Source: Planctomicrobium piriforme (GTDB lineage: Bacteria > Planctomycetota > Planctomycetia > Pirellulales > UBA1268). Taken from it: 64,000 nt of DNA. Made by a program: the position numbers and the translations under genes. The notes beneath the pieces are model-generated. The model ran no database searches. It worked only from the letters and a program-made list of their open reading frames with translations, and was not told the DNA's origin. Within the stretch, counting starts at the first letter, position 1. Each line of letters opens with the position of its first letter. The stretch lies in the NCBI GenBank assembly GCA_945869735.1, contig CAMBPQ010000005.1:6733-70732 (forward strand), read 5' to 3'. Shown here piece by piece: positions 60,731-64,000 of the stretch.

Positions 60731-62035
60731 TTGTCAAGAAATATCATTCCAGCCCCCAGCCGTATGCTCCCCGTCATGCTCACACTCCCCCGGTTTTCGT
60801 TCGGCGTCGGCGACCGGTTCGCGCACGAGGCTGAGGCACAACTCGCGGCCTTCGAGCGGCTCTCGGCCGCCGGTGTCGTTGTGGCACCGGTCTGGAACAA
60901 GTCGAACCGGGAGCACTCGTTCATCAGCAGTGAGCCGGCGAGCGTCCGCGCCGCAGCCGCAAAGGCTGTGGCGGCCCGCGGCTGGCCCCATCCCTGGTTT
61001 GTCGATGCCGACCACATCCGACTCGACACGGTGGAGCGATTCCTCGACTCGAGCGACTTCTTCACGATCGACGTCGCTGACTCGATCGGTAAGCCAGCGG
61101 CCGACGCCGACGTCCGGGCCATTGTGGCCCGGCACCCGGAGCTCGCCCGACCCGTCGCGGTGCCCGGCGTCGCCGAGGCGATTGACCTCTCGGAGGAGTC
61201 GCTGACCACGATTGCGCGGAAGTACCTGCTTGCCTGCCGGGAGGCCGGCGAGATCCACCGGCATATTCGCTCCCGCCGCGGCGACGACGTGGTGATCGAG
61301 GTGAGCATGGACGAGACCGACGAGCCGCAGACGCCGCCAGAGTTGCTCGTCATTCTCGCGCTGTTGGCCGACGAGAATATTCCACTGCAGACGATCGCCC
61401 CCAAGTTCACCGGGCGGTTCAACAAGGGAGTCGACTACGTTGGCGATCTTGGTCGGTTCGAGCGGGAGTTTTCTGACGACGTAGCCGTCTGTGGCTTCGC
61501 GGTGGATCGCTACGGACTGCCCGGGTCGCTGAAGCTTTCGGTGCACTCCGGCAGCGACAAGTTTTCCCTCTACCCCATCATCCGCCGGACGCTCACCGCG
61601 AGCGGCGCCGGCGTGCACCTGAAGACGGCCGGCACGACCTGGCTTGAGGAGATGATCGGTCTGGCCGAGGCTGGGGGAGATGGCCTCGCGCTCGCGCAGG
61701 AGATCTACGCCTACGCCTTCGACCACGTCGACGAACTCTGTGGTCCCTACGCCTCGGTGATCGATATCGAGCAGAAAAAACTACCGCCGCCGTCCGAGGT
61801 GGCCTCGTGGGATGGTCCGCGGTTTGCCGCGGCGCTTCGGCACGTGTCGACAAACCCCGTCTTCAACCCTCACATGCGGCAGCTCGTGCATGTGTCGTTC
61901 AAGGTGGCGGCCCGGCAGGGCTCGCGGTACACCGACCTCCTGGTCGCCAACCGTGACATCGTCGCGAAGCAGGTGACGGAGAACATCTTCGAGCGCCACC
62001 TCCGCCCGCTGTTCCTGCCAGGCCAGAAGCCATGA
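60731..62035 (+). CDS. tagaturonate/fructuronate epimerase-like protein (UxaE family)
   Basis: SFGVGDRFAHE, APVWNKSNREH and WFVDADHI fit my recollection of the UxaE family. The sugar-acid context supports the call, but it is not verified by search. Confidence 0.5.
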   Translation: MSRNIIPAPSRMLPVMLTLPRFSFGVGDRFAHEAEAQLAAFERLSAAGVVVAPVWNKSNREHSFISSEPASVRAAAAKAVAARGWPHPWFVDADHIRLDTVERFLDSSDFFTIDVADSIGKPAADADVRAIVARHPELARPVAVPGVAEAIDLSEESLTTIARKYLLACREAGEIHRHIRSRRGDDVVIEVSMDETDEPQTPPELLVILALLADENIPLQTIAPKFTGRFNKGVDYVGDLGRFEREFSDDVAVCGFAVDRYGLPGSLKLSVHSGSDKFSLYPIIRRTLTASGAGVHLKTAGTTWLEEMIGLAEAGGDGLALAQEIYAYAFDHVDELCGPYASVIDIEQKKLPPPSEVASWDGPRFAAALRHVSTNPVFNPHMRQLVHVSFKVAARQGSRYTDLLVANRDIVAKQVTENIFERHLRPLFLPGQKP

Positions 62036-62847
62036 AATCCGCGGTCACCCTCTGTCTTGTGCCCGAGGCTCGACGGGGACCGTTCGTCTTTCATGGCAGC
62101 CTCGCGGCGGGCTGTCGGGCGGCTGCTGAGAGTGGCTTCGATGGCGTCGAGATTTTTCCTGCGTCGGCCGATGACATCGCGACCGTGGCCGTGCGGCCGG
62201 TGCTGGTGGCGCACGGTCTTACGCTGGCGGCCGTCGGCACCGGGGCCGGGTGGGTGAAGCATGGCCTGCACCTCTGCCACGCTGATCCGTCGGTCCGTGG
62301 GAGGGCGCAGAACTTCATCGCCGGCATCATCGACGTGGCGGGCGAACTGGGTGCGCCGGCGATCGTCGGCTCGATGTAGGGCAAGAGCGACGCGGGCGTG
62401 CCCCGTGACGTAGCGCTTGCCCTCTTAGCCGATGCGCTTGGCGACCTCGGCGTCTGCGCGGCCCGCCACGGGCAGTCGCTCCTCTACGAGCCGCTCAATC
62501 GCTACGAGACCGACCTCTTCAACCGGCAGGCCGATGCGGCGGCATTTCTCGAGAGCCGGGGTATTGCCGATGTCAGGCTGCTCTGCGACCTGTTTCACAT
62601 GAACATCGAGGAAGAGGATCTCGCCTTGGCGATCGTCGCCTGCGGCGGGCGGGTGGGCCATGTGCACTGGGCAGACTCCAACCGCCGGGCCGTCGGCCTC
62701 GGCCACACCGACGTCGGTTCCGTCGTCGCCGCCCTGCGGGCGATCCACTACGACCGGTTTCTCTCGGCCGAGGTGCTACCGCTGCCGTCGGCCGAGGAGG
62801 CCGCCCGCCGCACAATCATGAGCATCCGCCAGCACGTCCTTGCCTGA
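62032..62847 (+). pseudogene. sugar phosphate isomerase/epimerase (xylose-isomerase-like TIM barrel) interrupted by an in-frame TAG at 62377-62379
   Basis: Track ORFs 62032..62379 and 62398..62847 share one frame. The conserved blocks GFDGVEIF, APAIVGSM*GK, LLYEPLNRYETDL, DLFHMNIEE and GHVHWADSNR run across the stop. Confidence 0.7.
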
Positions 62848-62864
62848 CCCACGGAGATCCCGCC

Positions 62865-63317
62865 ATGCTCAACGGCTCCCTCGTCCACCCGGAGATTCTC
62901 CGTATCCTCGCCACGTCGGGGCACCACTCGAAGGTGTTGATCGCAGACGGCAACTATCCGGCCGCCAACAAGCGCGGGCCCCGCGCCGAACTCGTGTCGC
63001 TGCAGTTGATGCCCGGCGTGCCAACGGTGGCACAGGTCTTCGAGGCGCTGCTCGGCGCCGTGCGGATTGACGAGGTGTTTACCATGGGTGTCGATCGAGC
63101 CGACTCCTATGCCGCGGCGACTCCCGGCGACCCGCCGGTCTGGGCCGACTATCGCCGGATTCTCGCCGCCCTGAAATCGCCCTGCCAGCTTGAGCCGATC
63201 GTGAAATGGGACTTTTACAAGGCCGTCGCGTCGGAAGACCATGTGCTTACGATCCAGACGGCTGACACGCAGCCCTGGGCCAATCTGATTGTGTCCCTTG
63301 GCTGCCGCACGTTTTGA
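62865..63317 (+). CDS. RbsD/FucU-family sugar mutarotase
   Basis: LVHPEILRILATSGHHSKVLIADGNYP is the RbsD/FucU N-terminal signature. Length is 150 aa. Confidence 0.8.
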   Translation: MLNGSLVHPEILRILATSGHHSKVLIADGNYPAANKRGPRAELVSLQLMPGVPTVAQVFEALLGAVRIDEVFTMGVDRADSYAAATPGDPPVWADYRRILAALKSPCQLEPIVKWDFYKAVASEDHVLTIQTADTQPWANLIVSLGCRTF

Positions 63318-63326
63318 GAGGATCCC

Positions 63327-63881
63327 ATGCAGACACGCCTGCTCGGCACGACCGGTCTTGAGGTGCCTATCCTGGCCTTCGGCGCCAGTTCCCTCGGCCA
63401 GGAGTTTCGCTCTGTCACGCTCGATGAGGCGCTGGGAAGCGTGGCGGCCGCCCTCGACTGCGGCCTCAACTACAACCAGTACACGCTACAGAACACCCGG
63501 TTTGTCGACGAGACAATTCCCTTCCTCAAAACGAAGGGGATCGGCGTCATGAACGCCGGTCCCTTCAGCGCCCGGCTGCTCACCGACGCCCCGCTTCCCG
63601 CCTGGCTCAAGGAGCCGGAGGAGGTCAAGGCGGCGGCCCGCGCGGCGGCCGAACTCTGCCGCAGCCGCGGCACGCCGCTGGCAAAGCTCGCGCTGCAGTT
63701 CGCTCTGGCCAACCCCGATATCGCCACGACCGTCGCGGGCAGCGCCAACCCGCGGAACATCCGCGATTGGGCGGCGTGGGCCGCCGAGCCGCTCGACGCC
63801 GATCTCCTTCTCGACGTGCAGGCGATCTTCGCGCCGGTGAAGAACCGTGGCCACCTCGAAGGCCTCGCCTGCAACAACTGA
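63327..63881 (+). pseudogene. aldo/keto reductase with large internal in-frame deletion
   Basis: The AKR N-terminus (LLGTTGLEVPILAFGASSLG...AALDCGLNY) joins directly to the AKR C-terminal third (QYTLQN...KGIGVMNAGPFSARLLT...LALQFALANPDIATTVAGSANP). The protein is 184 aa where more than 300 are expected, and the segment that carries the catalytic tetrad is missing. Confidence 0.65.
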
Positions 63882-63888
63882 CCTGCCC

Positions 63889-64000
63889 ATGCGTATCGAC
63901 GCTCACCAACACTTTTGGAAATACTCGGCCGCCGAGTACCCGTGGATCGGCGGAGACATGCAGCGGCTCGCGCGGGATTTTCTACCCGTCGAGCTCGCGG
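63889..64000 (+). CDS. amidohydrolase-2-family protein (lactonase-like), 3'-truncated by window end
   Basis: MRIDAHQHFWKYSAAEYPWIGGDM is the typical metal-binding HxH start of amidohydrolase_2 / L-fuconolactonase-type enzymes. Confidence 0.6.
   Translation, partial: MRIDAHQHFWKYSAAEYPWIGGDMQRLARDFLPVELA

Overview
GC-rich bacterial chromosomal window (about two-thirds G+C by eye, not computed). The gene content looks like Planctomycetota, which is an inference from several hallmarks: a DUF1559 prepilin-type protein, a sulfatase relic, ThuA, an SHD1-tailed acidic secreted protein and tandem beta-barrel paralogues. Most of the window is housekeeping. It includes panC-lgt, ilvN-ilvC, rpsB-tsf-pyrH-frr, pgk, class II RNR nrdJ, apt-mnmA-floA, birA and aspartate aminotransferase plus cysteine desulfurase. 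The right third carries the replication-origin neighbourhood: a DnaA-like gene, a long AT-richer spacer, then dnaN, a DUF721/DciA gene and gyrB. I found no rRNA, tRNA or CRISPR array. The observations most worth a second look are:

- The protein in the dnaA slot keeps the DnaA domain IV but has no Walker A or B motif and lacks domains I-II and the lid. It is followed by a 530-bp candidate oriC.
- Two dispersed non-coding repeat families occur. Family A is about 110-170 bp, MITE-like, with 7 copies, and starts exactly on the TAG stop codon of three genes. Family B is a roughly 230-bp unit framed by a 40-nt motif.
- An ABC ATPase, an ABC-2 permease fused to a CPBP protease, and a GluR0-type ligand-gated channel form a translationally coupled operon. 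The channel gene carries an in-frame TAG and a non-canonical pore motif.
- A second in-frame TAG and an in-frame-deleted aldo/keto reductase sit in a fucose-like sugar cluster.
- An NtrC-family response regulator lacks the GAFTGA loop.
- An ECF sigma factor, its anti-sigma factor and a CDGSH Fe-S protein are translationally coupled.
- An alpha/beta hydrolase has lost its nucleophile and oxyanion motifs.
- A 20-codon poly-lysine micro-ORF has a textbook Shine-Dalgarno sequence.
- There are several gene relics: a sulfatase, an IS630 transposase and a PQQ-propeller C-terminus.

All family assignments come from motif recognition by eye. No database search was run.
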